From Candidatus Multivoradales bacterium (GTDB taxonomy: Bacteria; Acidobacteriota; Thermoanaerobaculia; Multivoradales; J023): a stretch of DNA of 64,000 bases. Below are positions 48,888 through 58,089 of the stretch, piece after piece. Below the pieces are notes generated by a model. That model was not told the origin of the DNA. It saw only the letters and a program-made list of their open reading frames with translations, and did no database searches. A program made the translations under genes and the position numbers. Position 1 is the first letter of the stretch; every line of letters starts with the position of its first letter. Location of the stretch: positions 3,712,001-3,776,000 of the forward strand of contig CBDFLE010000006.1 of assembly GCA_965248925.1 (NCBI GenBank), read 5' to 3'.

Positions 48888-49871
48888 TCAACGCGGCCGT
48901 GGCCGGAGTTCTGGATGCGGCCAAGCCCAGCGCGCCGGCGTTTTGCCAGTGTGCCGCTTGAAAGCCTTGCGAAAGGCTTCGCTAGAGCCGTAACCGATCC
49001 TCGCCGCTACCGATCCAAGATCGGTCCCGTCGAGCAATAGCTCCATGGCGTGGGCCATGCGAACTTGGTTCAGATAGTCCATTACCGAGATCCCCAGAGC
49101 CGACCGGAACCGGCGTGCCAAGGTGGCTCTGGAGAGGCCTGCTTGGGCAGCGAGGCTTTGAATTGTCCACGGGCCGGCGAGTCTAGTGTGCATCAGCGCC
49201 AGTACCTTGCGAAGCTGTAGATCTCGTTGCGCGGCACCGAGCCGGCCGATCTCCAACTCGTGTTTCTTGGCTTGGCTTAGCAAGCAGAGAAACAGTGCCT
49301 CCGCCAGTCGATCGAGCACCGTCGAGTCGTCGTCATCGAGGGGCTTCGATTCCGCATTGATGGCTTCGACGACCCTCCAAGTGCGTTCGTCCGCTAGATC
49401 GGACTTGCGGAAATGGAGCATCGCCGGCAGCAGCGACAACAACCAGCCGCCGCCACGATCGTGGACCTCCGCCTGAAGGCAGAGCAGGCGGTGGGTCAGT
49501 TGGCTGTCCTGGAATGGAGGTTGACGTACTTCGCAGGATTTTGTCGCTTGCTCGCTGGTCAACAGGGTGCGACCCGGTCGATCAGCAATCCACTGCGCCT
49601 GACCGCGGGTCAGCAACACAATGTCGCCAGGTTGCAGCTCGACCGGCATGCCAAGGTCACTTCCGCCTAGCCAGCAGCTGCCCTTGGTGACGATGTGCAG
49701 ACGCAGGGCGACCCCTGATGGAAGGGCCATTCCCCACGGCGCAGCGAGTTCCGCACGAAAGAAGACCGAGGCTCTGAGCTTCAGAGTTTCGGAAAGGGAG
49801 GGTAGGAATCTTCGTGGCATGAGACGAATGGGCTGAAGACTAGCAAATTCAGATAGATCGACCCACTGCAT
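48888..49871 (-). CDS. AraC-family regulator with cupin domain
   Basis: APWGM, HIVTKGSCW, PWTIQSLAAQAGLSRATLARRF, GYGSSEAFRKAFKR; start may be 49820. Confidence 0.9.
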   Translation of the reverse strand: MQWVDLSEFASLQPIRLMPRRFLPSLSETLKLRASVFFRAELAAPWGMALPSGVALRLHIVTKGSCWLGGSDLGMPVELQPGDIVLLTRGQAQWIADRPGRTLLTSEQATKSCEVRQPPFQDSQLTHRLLCLQAEVHDRGGGWLLSLLPAMLHFRKSDLADERTWRVVEAINAESKPLDDDDSTVLDRLAEALFLCLLSQAKKHELEIGRLGAAQRDLQLRKVLALMHTRLAGPWTIQSLAAQAGLSRATLARRFRSALGISVMDYLNQVRMAHAMELLLDGTDLGSVAARIGYGSSEAFRKAFKRHTGKTPARWAWPHPELRPRPR

Positions 49872-49910
49872 GAGCCTAAGAGCGCAGGTCGGATTTGCTG
49901 GAAAGGAAGA

Positions 49911-49986
49911 TGGTGGAGCAGAAGGGATTTGAACCCTCGACCCCCACGTTGCGAACGTGGTGCTCTCCCAGCTGAGCTACTGCCCC
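49911..49986 (-). tRNA. tRNA-Ala (anticodon CGC)
   Basis: GGGGCAGTAGCTCAGCTGGGAGAGCACCACGTTCGCAACGTGGGGGTCGAGGGTTCAAATCCCTTCTGCTCCACCA; G3:U70 pair, encoded CCA. Confidence 0.96.
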
Positions 49987-50037
49987 ACAGAGGGCGCTTA
50001 TTGTAGCCGCGACACCCGCCCTCGGCAAGCGGTACCT

Positions 50038-51312
50038 TCAGGCCGATTCTCGGGGCCCGGCAGAGTCGACCTGGGCAGAGGGGCTGGGCGGTTCGGTGAC
50101 ATCCTTGCCGAGCAGCAGGCCGGCCAGGGTGAGGCCGGCGAGACCTTGGCTCCGGGCCTCCACCAGGCGTTGGCGTAGCTGGCTGAGAGAGCTGATCAGT
50201 TCGGCCGGCAAGGGCTCCAAGAGAGCTTGGTGTTCACCTTCGTAGGCCTCGAGAACCTGTGTCAGATCGATCCGGTAGGGGTCGCAAGACAGCAGATAGC
50301 CAGCGTCGTCGCCACCGGTGCGGCGCAGTATTTGTATTTCCAGCAGCGGTTCCAGAGCTTGCTGCAACTCGCCAGCGTCGAGGCGCAGGCGTTCTGAGAG
50401 CAGTTCTTGGGAAGTGATCGGCTGGCGGTCGCGAAAGCGCTCCAGCACCATAGCCAGGGCGGCGAGCCCCACCCAGCTGCCTTCGAGCGCTGCCTGGCGT
50501 CGGCGATCAGTGGCCAGAGGGTGATTCTGCAAGCAGTAGGTGACCTCGCTGCCGAGCAGCACGATCCACCAGCTGAGCTGGATCGAGATCATGAAGAGCA
50601 GAGCCAGGCCGAAAGTGCCGTAGATCGCCGAATAGAATTGCAGCCGACTGACATAGAGCCCGAAACCGCGCCGCAGCACTTCGATCAGGAAAGTCGCCAC
50701 CAAGGCGCCCCACAGGGCGTGGGGCAAGCGCACCTTGGTGTAGGGCACCAGCCAGTAGAGCATGCTGAGAACGATCAGGGTGACCAGTAGCGGCACCACC
50801 TGCAGTGGTAGTGAATCGGCAAGCTCGCTCAGGCCGGACTTATTGCGCAGGACGAAGAGACTGGAGTAGGTGGCGCCGACCATCGGTCCTAAGAATAAGA
50901 CCAAGATGAAGGACAGCAAGCGGCTGCGCAAATCGCGACGACGCGATACGTTCCAGATCCGGTTGAAAGTCTCTTCGACCGTGCTGAAGACTCCCAGCGA
51001 AGTCAGCAGTAGGGCGACGAACCCAGGTCCGCTCAGGGTGCTGGCTTGGAGCAGGAAAGCTCCCAGGTGCTGCACCAGGGTCTCTTCTGCAAAGGGCATC
51101 ACCCGGCTGAGGATCTCTACGATGCGCTCTGGGTCCTGGTCGAAGAGCTTCTTGCCGATGAGTGAGAACACCGTCAGCAGGGGAACGATCGCCAACACGG
51201 TGACGAACCCTAAGGCGGCGGATCTTTGCAGCAGGTGGTCCGCCCAGGCCTTGCGGATCGACAGCTCGGCGAAGCGCCACAGTCTGTGCGAGAGGATCGG
51301 TAGTTTTTGCAT
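50038..51312 (-). CDS. YihY/BrkB family inner membrane protein with C-terminal wHTH
   Basis: SAALGFVTVLAIVP, FNRIWNV, YSAIYGTF, LLGSEV. Confidence 0.88.
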   Translation of the reverse strand: MQKLPILSHRLWRFAELSIRKAWADHLLQRSAALGFVTVLAIVPLLTVFSLIGKKLFDQDPERIVEILSRVMPFAEETLVQHLGAFLLQASTLSGPGFVALLLTSLGVFSTVEETFNRIWNVSRRRDLRSRLLSFILVLFLGPMVGATYSSLFVLRNKSGLSELADSLPLQVVPLLVTLIVLSMLYWLVPYTKVRLPHALWGALVATFLIEVLRRGFGLYVSRLQFYSAIYGTFGLALLFMISIQLSWWIVLLGSEVTYCLQNHPLATDRRRQAALEGSWVGLAALAMVLERFRDRQPITSQELLSERLRLDAGELQQALEPLLEIQILRRTGGDDAGYLLSCDPYRIDLTQVLEAYEGEHQALLEPLPAELISSLSQLRQRLVEARSQGLAGLTLAGLLLGKDVTEPPSPSAQVDSAGPRESA

Positions 51313-51414
51313 TGAATGACTCACTGCCGGCAAGCATATCTTTCCACCGGTCCAAGGCGTAGAATCGGGCCTCGGCGGCGGGTGGTGCCACCTGCTTAGG
51401 CTGTGGAGGTCATC

Positions 51415-51714
51415 ATGAGCGAAGAAGACAAGCCCGACAAGGGCCAGCGCTTGGATCAAGCCCGCGAGCGGGTGCAAGAGACGGTAGGCAAAGCCCGTGA
51501 CCGTTGGCGCGAGGCGAGCGCCAGTGGCCGCGAGCATTACGACGTCGCGGTCGAGCAGTTGCGCGACGGCTACTCCAAGGTGCGCCAGGACTACGATGGT
51601 TGGTCCGATGACCTCACCGACTATGTGCGCGACAATCCGGGCAAGTCGGTGATGATCGCCGCCGGAGTGGGTTTTGTCATCGGTCTCTTGTTGCGCACCC
51701 GCGATGAGGCCTGA
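51415..51714 (+). CDS. DUF883/ElaB/YqjD-like tail-anchored protein
   Basis: YVRDNPGKSVMIAAGVGFVIGLLL; GGAGG SD. Confidence 0.85.
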   Translation: MSEEDKPDKGQRLDQARERVQETVGKARDRWREASASGREHYDVAVEQLRDGYSKVRQDYDGWSDDLTDYVRDNPGKSVMIAAGVGFVIGLLLRTRDEA

Positions 51715-51733
51715 TGTGGCTGGAGACCCCGTG

Positions 51734-51985
51734 ATGGGTGCCGAGACGGAAGCCACCTCCTTCACCGATGGCATGCTCGACGAGCTGTTGCCCGAAGAAT
51801 TCGATTGGCGAGCCCAGGTCCGTTCCTATCCGCTACCGGCCTTGTTGCTGGCGACGGTGGCTGGTTTTCTGCTGGGCCGTGCCCACGGCACCGAGCTAGC
51901 CCGCTCGCTGGCCAACCTGGCGACTGATCGGGTGGTGGATAAGGTCAGCTCACTGGTCTCCCCTTCGCCCTCTGATCAGGGCTAG
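51734..51985 (+). CDS. Small hypothetical membrane protein
   Basis: FDWRAQVRSYPLPALLLATVAGFLLG; start uncertain. Confidence 0.65.
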   Translation: MGAETEATSFTDGMLDELLPEEFDWRAQVRSYPLPALLLATVAGFLLGRAHGTELARSLANLATDRVVDKVSSLVSPSPSDQG

Positions 51986-52008
51986 CCGCCTCCGCGGAGC
52001 AATTTCCC

Positions 52009-52857
52009 GTGCGCCGGATCCTGCACGTCTCGGACCTTCATTTCGGCCCTCGCCATATGCCGGAGGTAGCTGCTGGCGTGGCCCGCTTGGTAGATCGGGC
52101 TCAGCCGGATCTGGTGGTCAACTCCGGTGATATGACCCAGCGTGCCAAGCCGCTGCAATTCAGCCAGGCGCTTGAATTTCTCGGTCGGCTAGCGGCGCCT
52201 ACACTCAGCGTACCGGGCAATCACGATGTGCCGATGTACCGGGTGTGGGAGCGGGTGGGGGTGCCCTTCGGTGTCTATCGGCAGCACTTCGCCAGCAACT
52301 TGGAGCCCGACTTCTTCGACTCCGAGCTGGCGGTGGTGGGGCTTAACAGTGCCTTCAATTGGACGGTCAAGGATGGTCGGTTGAAGCCTGCTCAGCTACG
52401 TTCGGCGAGCGCCCGCTGGGGGGCCGCCGAGGATGGCGCTATACGCATCGCGGTGGTGCATCACCAGCTCGTCCCGCCGCCACGGTTCGAGAACCAGCGG
52501 GTGCTGAGCGGTGCTTTTGAAGCGCAGCGGGTGTTTGCCGAGGCGGGGGTCGAAATAGTGCTCTCGGGCCATCTGCACCAGGCTTGGGTGGGCACCAACG
52601 AGGCATACTATCCGAGCGGTCAGCGACCCATGTTATTGGTGCATTCGGGAACCACCACCTCGAGCCGTGGGCGGGGCATCGAGCGCCGTCGCAACACCTG
52701 CAACTGGATCGAGATCGATGCTACTCAGCTGCGCGTCCAGCGACTTATCTGGCAAGCCGAAGAGAGTAGATTCGTGGTCTGGAGTGAGCATCGCTACCCG
52801 CGCCGTACGGCGCCGAATTACTGGTTGGGTGCTGGCTCGGCCGGGGCCGCGGTATGA
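52009..52857 (+). CDS. Calcineurin-like metallophosphoesterase
   Basis: SDLHFG, SGDMT, PGNHD, HH, SGHLH. Confidence 0.92.
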   Translation: MRRILHVSDLHFGPRHMPEVAAGVARLVDRAQPDLVVNSGDMTQRAKPLQFSQALEFLGRLAAPTLSVPGNHDVPMYRVWERVGVPFGVYRQHFASNLEPDFFDSELAVVGLNSAFNWTVKDGRLKPAQLRSASARWGAAEDGAIRIAVVHHQLVPPPRFENQRVLSGAFEAQRVFAEAGVEIVLSGHLHQAWVGTNEAYYPSGQRPMLLVHSGTTTSSRGRGIERRRNTCNWIEIDATQLRVQRLIWQAEESRFVVWSEHRYPRRTAPNYWLGAGSAGAAV

Positions 52858-52924
52858 TGTCTGTCGTTTGCCACCGTCGATCCGCTCGGTCCTCGACCGA
52901 GACTCCGCTGAGTGAGATGCCATC

Positions 52925-55102
52925 GTGAGTGCCGAGCGACCTCTGCCTAAGTTCGTTGGCCGTTACGAAATTGTCCGGCTGCTGGGATCCGGCGGCATGG
53001 GCGATGTCTACTTGGCCCGCGATCCCAACATCGACCGCTTGTTGGCGGTGAAGACGGTGCGCATGGTCGATTTGGGCCTGCGTGACAGCGCGGAGCGCAA
53101 GGCCCGCCTGCTACGCGAGGCCCGCGCTGCTGGCAAGTTGATGCACACCCATGTGGTGACCCTTTTCGATGCTGGCGAAGCCGATGGGCTGCTGTATCTG
53201 GCGTTCGAGCTGGTCGAAGGGCAGGATCTCAGCCAGCGGTTGAAGAGTGGTACGCCGCTGTCCTTGGGCGACACCTTGCGCCTGGGCCGGCAGGTAGCCA
53301 GTGCTTTGGAGTACGCTCACGCCGCTGGCATCGTGCATCGCGATATCAAGCCGAGCAACATCTTGATCGGCCGCGGCGGAGTGGCCAAAGTGGCCGACTT
53401 CGGCATCGCCAAGCTGATGGATCAGAGCACCGACCTGACCCGCACCGGCTCGGTGGTGGGCAGTCCGCAGTACATGTCGCCGGAGCAGATCCGTGGCGAG
53501 ACTCTCGATGGGCGATCCGATATTTTCTCCCTCGGGGTGGTGCTCTACGAGCTGCTCACTTCGACTCGTCCCTTCGATGGCGAGTCGTTGAGTACCCTGG
53601 TGTTCCAGATCCTCAGCCAGATGCCCGAGCCGGTAGACGCCCTGCGCCCCGGCTTGCCGCCGCCGCTGGTGGCCTTGGTCGAACGGATGATGACCAAGGA
53701 GCGAGACCAGCGGCAGGCCTCGGCGACCGAGTTGGTGGCCGAGATCACACGGTTGGAGCGCGAGCTGCCGGGGGCGGTGATGGCGCAGTTGGTCTACCTG
53801 CCGCCGGGTGAGACCCGCGAGACTTCGGTGCTGAGTTCCGAGGTGGCGACCGGGGTAGCCAGGCGGCAGCCCGAACAGGCCGCGGCCAGAGTCGTACCGC
53901 TGCCACCATCACCGCCAGGCAGTTCGCCGCCACCGCCGCCGCTGCCGGAACCGGAGCACCCCACTGGTGGGCTGGGTTCGTCGACCGAGCTGCGGCCGAG
54001 CGCCGCCGGAACCGCTGGCGCTACCCAGGGCCGCCGGCTGCCGTGGGGTTTGTTGGGCGGCGGGCTGCTGGTATTGCTCGTCTTGGCGGCGGGCGTTCTG
54101 TGGTGGGTCCAGCGGGGTCGGGCCGAGAATGGAGCGGCGGTGGCTACTCCAGCTTTGGCCGAGGCCGGAATCGGTGGTGCCAAAGTGCCGGTAGAGCGCC
54201 CCGCCGCTGACTTCGAGGTCACCTCGTCGACTGGCGAGCGGGGGGGTGAGCCGGATGCGGCAGTCACGGCCTTACTCGCTGATCGCCCGCAGCCGCCCGC
54301 CGAGGCGACAGACTCGCCGCTAGACCCCGCGCCTGCCCACCCTGCGCCGCGGGGGACGCCGCCGCCTCCACCCCCACCCACGCTGGCGTCGACGGGAGAG
54401 GAGACCTCAGCGGCGGTGGTGACCCCACCTCGGCAAACCTCGCCGAGGGCGGCGGCTGGGACCACTTCACCTCCGCCGCAAGCTGCCCAGTCTGTGTCCA
54501 ACCAGGAATTGGCCGAGGCGACGTTCGATCGGCGGGCGAGCCATGTAGCCCAACGTTTGCAGAGCGGCCTTTTCCTCCGTTTGCAGGTCATCCCCCCGGA
54601 GGCCCTGGTCACCTTGCTGCGGCGAGGCGAGGCTCGCGCCATTGTCAAGGGGAGGGCGCATGAGTTCGACCCGCGCAAGAAGCGCTCACGATCCTTGGAG
54701 CTGCCATTCGCCGGTCAGTACCTGTTGGTGCTACGCCATGACGGTCTGCCGGATCACTCGGTGCTGATCGATGCTGCGCCGGCCAACGGCCAAACCCCGG
54801 GGGTGGTCAGCGCGCGGCTCGGTGGCGTCGGCGCGAGCCTCGGTCCCCGTGGGGTGGTCAAGGCGCGATCGTTGGCATTCACCGGCTTTCCCACCGGTAC
54901 GGTAGTCTTCGTCGACGGTCGGCGGGTTGGCGAGGCCGCGCGTTGGCCCGGTGGCGGTATTCGCCCGAACCATCCGAATAATTTGCAGCTCGAGCCGGGT
55001 CCGCATGAGATCCGCGTCGAAATCCCCGGTCGCTCGCCCTTGGTGCGGCGGGTAGTGGGCAGACGAACCGGCCGACATTTGATTCGCTACTCAGGAAGTT
55101 GA
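52925..55102 (+). CDS. Ser/Thr protein kinase with TM and PEGA-like C-terminus
   Basis: LGSGGMG, HRDIKPSN, DFG, GSPQYMSPE; VFVDG...LEPGPHEIRVE. Confidence 0.92.
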   Translation: MSAERPLPKFVGRYEIVRLLGSGGMGDVYLARDPNIDRLLAVKTVRMVDLGLRDSAERKARLLREARAAGKLMHTHVVTLFDAGEADGLLYLAFELVEGQDLSQRLKSGTPLSLGDTLRLGRQVASALEYAHAAGIVHRDIKPSNILIGRGGVAKVADFGIAKLMDQSTDLTRTGSVVGSPQYMSPEQIRGETLDGRSDIFSLGVVLYELLTSTRPFDGESLSTLVFQILSQMPEPVDALRPGLPPPLVALVERMMTKERDQRQASATELVAEITRLERELPGAVMAQLVYLPPGETRETSVLSSEVATGVARRQPEQAAARVVPLPPSPPGSSPPPPPLPEPEHPTGGLGSSTELRPSAAGTAGATQGRRLPWGLLGGGLLVLLVLAAGVLWWVQRGRAENGAAVATPALAEAGIGGAKVPVERPAADFEVTSSTGERGGEPDAAVTALLADRPQPPAEATDSPLDPAPAHPAPRGTPPPPPPPTLASTGEETSAAVVTPPRQTSPRAAAGTTSPPPQAAQSVSNQELAEATFDRRASHVAQRLQSGLFLRLQVIPPEALVTLLRRGEARAIVKGRAHEFDPRKKRSRSLELPFAGQYLLVLRHDGLPDHSVLIDAAPANGQTPGVVSARLGGVGASLGPRGVVKARSLAFTGFPTGTVVFVDGRRVGEAARWPGGGIRPNHPNNLQLEPGPHEIRVEIPGRSPLVRRVVGRRTGRHLIRYSGS

Positions 55103-55108
55103 GCCGCA

Positions 55109-56374
55109 GTGACAGTCACCTACTCTTTACCCTCGCTGTTGCCGCAGCCCAAAATCGAGCGTCTCGCCAATGGGCTCGAAGTTTGCGTGCTGAGGAATTC
55201 GGGGTCGCCGGTGGTCACCACCGCGCTGTGGTACCGCGCCGGCACTCGCGACGACGACGCTGGCCACGGTGGCTCGGCTCACTTTCTTGAGCACATGATG
55301 TTCAAGGGGTCGGCAGCCTACGGGCCGGGCGAGATCGATCGCATGACCCAGGCCCTCGGTGGCAGCAACAACGCCCTGACCAGCCATGATGGCACCTTGT
55401 ACTACTTCTCCTTCGCCCCTGATCGCTGGCAGCAGGGATTGGCGATCGAGGCCGACCGGATGGCGGCCTTGACCCTCGCCGCCGAACAGGTGGCTAGCGA
55501 GCGGCAAGTTATCGAGGAAGAAATCGCCATGTACGAGGGCGAGCCTTGGGATGCCCTCGAACAGCAGGTGACCGCGACCTTCTACGGCGAGCATTCCTAT
55601 GGCCGGCCAGTGTTGGGCAGCCGCTCCGAGCTGGCTACCATCGACGGCGCGGTGCTGGGGGAGTTTCACCGCCGTTACTACCGGCCGGACAATGCGGTGT
55701 TGGTGATTGCCGGCGATGTCGACTCTTCCGCCCAGGCGACCGCCGCGCGGCTTTTTGGCGAAGTCGGGGGAAGCGCGGCCCAGCGGCCGCGGCCGGTGCC
55801 TAGGGCCGAGCTTGGCCAGTTGGTGCGGATCGAGCGACGCCACGGCGAGGTCTCGCGGCTGTTGCTGGTGTTGCCGGCGCCAGCGGTGAGCGACCCTGAC
55901 CACCCATATCTCAAGCTGTTGCTGGCAGTCCTGGCCCAAGGCCGTTCGAGTCGTCTACATCGGGCATTGGTCGATGACGGCCAGCTCTGCGTTTGGGCGA
56001 GTGCCGATTTGGGCGACACCCTCGATCCGGGATGCACAGTCCTCGCCGCCGAGGTGTTGCCAGGGGTCGATCCCCAGCGGGTCGAAGCAGTGGTGCTAGC
56101 CGAACTCGACACTCTGCTCCAGCAACCACCCAGCGACGAAGAACTGGCTAGGGCGAAGAAGATCCTGGTCGCCGATTGGATTTTTGGCCACGAAAAAGTT
56201 CACCAGCAAGCCCTGGGTTTGGGGTTTGCGCGGGCTTTTCTCGGCCCCGACCATCCCTGGGCGTACCTCGAACGCCTACTGGCGGCAGCTGGTGACGATC
56301 TGCTGCCGGTGGCGGAACGTTTTGTGGGCCAGCCACGCGATGGGGTTTTGGGCTGGTCATTGGCCGAAGGTTAA
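55109..56374 (+). CDS. M16B peptidase, catalytic subunit
   Basis: LANGL, WYRAG, SAHFLEHMMFKG. Confidence 0.92.
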   Translation: MTVTYSLPSLLPQPKIERLANGLEVCVLRNSGSPVVTTALWYRAGTRDDDAGHGGSAHFLEHMMFKGSAAYGPGEIDRMTQALGGSNNALTSHDGTLYYFSFAPDRWQQGLAIEADRMAALTLAAEQVASERQVIEEEIAMYEGEPWDALEQQVTATFYGEHSYGRPVLGSRSELATIDGAVLGEFHRRYYRPDNAVLVIAGDVDSSAQATAARLFGEVGGSAAQRPRPVPRAELGQLVRIERRHGEVSRLLLVLPAPAVSDPDHPYLKLLLAVLAQGRSSRLHRALVDDGQLCVWASADLGDTLDPGCTVLAAEVLPGVDPQRVEAVVLAELDTLLQQPPSDEELARAKKILVADWIFGHEKVHQQALGLGFARAFLGPDHPWAYLERLLAAAGDDLLPVAERFVGQPRDGVLGWSLAEG

Positions 56375-56376
56375 GC

Positions 56377-57624
56377 ATGGAACCGACGAGCACAAAGACC
56401 GCCGCCAACCCCCGCTTGGTGGTGCGGGTGCGGCGGGTCGAAGGGATGCCGGTGATGGCGGCGCGAATGCTGCTGCGCGGCGGCTCGCGCATCGAGCGCA
56501 TTCCTGGGCAATCCCTAATCAGCGGCCGATTGCTGGCCGAAGGCAGCCAGCGGCGGGACTATCAGACGATCAATCGCCAGGCCGAGGATCTCGGCATGTT
56601 GGTGCAGAGCTTTGGCACCCACGAGTCGATCGGAGTGGCGGTCGACTGCTTGGCCGCAGATTGGCGACAGGCGTTGGATTGGTTGGCCGAGTTGGCCCTC
56701 GAACCGAGCTTTCCCGCCGACCGGTTCGAGTGGCTGCGCCGGCAGGCCAGCGCCGAGCTCGACAGCATGCTGGACCAGCCCGAGGCCCGAGCATCGCGCG
56801 CATTTTTGCGCCAACTCTACGGCGACCACCCCTATGGCCGGCTGCTGCACGGCGATGCCGCCAGCCTGGCCGAACTCGAGGCCGAGAGCTGTGCAGAGTT
56901 CCACCGCCAAGCCTTGCGCCACGGTGCCTTGGTGGTGGTCTGTGGCGAGATCGACGAGACCGAGGTTGCAGAGCACTTGGCAAGCCTCATGGCGCCGCTT
57001 TCCGGCGCGGCGGAGCCGGAACTGCCCCTACCGAGTCCGAATAGCGCTCCGCCTGAGCGTTGCGAAGTGCAGGCTGGTGAGGCGGATCAAGCGCACCTAT
57101 TTGCTGGTCATCTAAGCTTGCGACTGGCGGATCCAGACTTGCCCTTGCTGGAGCTCGCCGGTGTGGCCTTGGGCGCGGGTGCCGGGCTCAGCGGCCGTTT
57201 GCCAGAGCGTATTCGCGAGCGCCAGGGGTTGGCGTATCAGGTTGGGGTGGCGGTTGCCGCCGGCGCGGGTCTCGATCAGGGCCGGTTGACGGTCTACGTC
57301 GGTACCGCCCCCCGCAACCTGGCCAAAGTCGAGCAGGCGGTACGCGAAGAATTACAGCGGCTGCTCGATGACGGTCTTACCCAAGACGAGGTCGAGGAGG
57401 CGCGGGCCTTCCTGGTGGGTCGCGAGCCCTTCCGCCGCGAGACCGCTCGGCAGTGGGTGGCTAGACTTGCCGAGGCCGAGTTCTACGGCCTGCCGAGTGA
57501 TCAACCGGACGCCTTGGAACGTCGCCTGAGCGGCGTCGAGCCGGCGGATGTGCAGGCAGTGTTGCGGCGCATCCTGCGACCGCAGGAGCTGCATCTGACC
57601 CTTGGCTTGCCTCGCTCCAGCTAA
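56377..57624 (+). CDS. M16B peptidase, non-catalytic subunit
   Basis: LSGRLPERIRERQGLAY; no HxxEH. Confidence 0.85.
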   Translation: MEPTSTKTAANPRLVVRVRRVEGMPVMAARMLLRGGSRIERIPGQSLISGRLLAEGSQRRDYQTINRQAEDLGMLVQSFGTHESIGVAVDCLAADWRQALDWLAELALEPSFPADRFEWLRRQASAELDSMLDQPEARASRAFLRQLYGDHPYGRLLHGDAASLAELEAESCAEFHRQALRHGALVVVCGEIDETEVAEHLASLMAPLSGAAEPELPLPSPNSAPPERCEVQAGEADQAHLFAGHLSLRLADPDLPLLELAGVALGAGAGLSGRLPERIRERQGLAYQVGVAVAAGAGLDQGRLTVYVGTAPRNLAKVEQAVREELQRLLDDGLTQDEVEEARAFLVGREPFRRETARQWVARLAEAEFYGLPSDQPDALERRLSGVEPADVQAVLRRILRPQELHLTLGLPRSS

Positions 57625-58089
57625 ACGGCAGTTTTTCGTCCGTTCTGCATTGCAAGGACTTGAGACTCCGCCGATAGTCCGCTGACTCGCGGCGCTCTGC
57701 TCTGAGGAGAAACTGTTCATATTGAAAGATCCTGCATCTTCTATTTAAGAGAAATCTCTGTATTTTGAGTAACAATATTGATATTATTAGATTTTCTGAG
57801 ACGGAGCTTGACCCGATCTCGACATGAGAAGAATGCCGAGGCATTGCCTCGGTGGAAGCGGGAGTAGCTATTGCGACGCTGAAGAAGAAATTCTGGCGGC
57901 GGGAAATCTCGGCGTGCGGGGTGATCGGAGAGTGAGAAACGGTAGCTTTGCAGAGGGTTTTTGTATACTACTTGTGAGTTTGTAATAGGGCTTCGCGACC
58001 CTTCCGCAATGTGTACGGAAGATATTTTCTTGTTGCGAGCGCGAAGGTCAGTGTCCGGCTGGCCGTGAAATTGGGAGGATCGATCGCCG

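Noticed and set aside
48753-49986. Integrative element at the 3' end of tRNA-Ala
   Set aside because: No duplicated tRNA 3' end and no integrase seen near the AraC gene.
57836-57852. Palindrome CCGAGGCATTGCCTCGG and a 53-codon ORF from 57824
   Set aside because: Single occurrence with no supporting SD or recognisable RNA fold; at most an operator.
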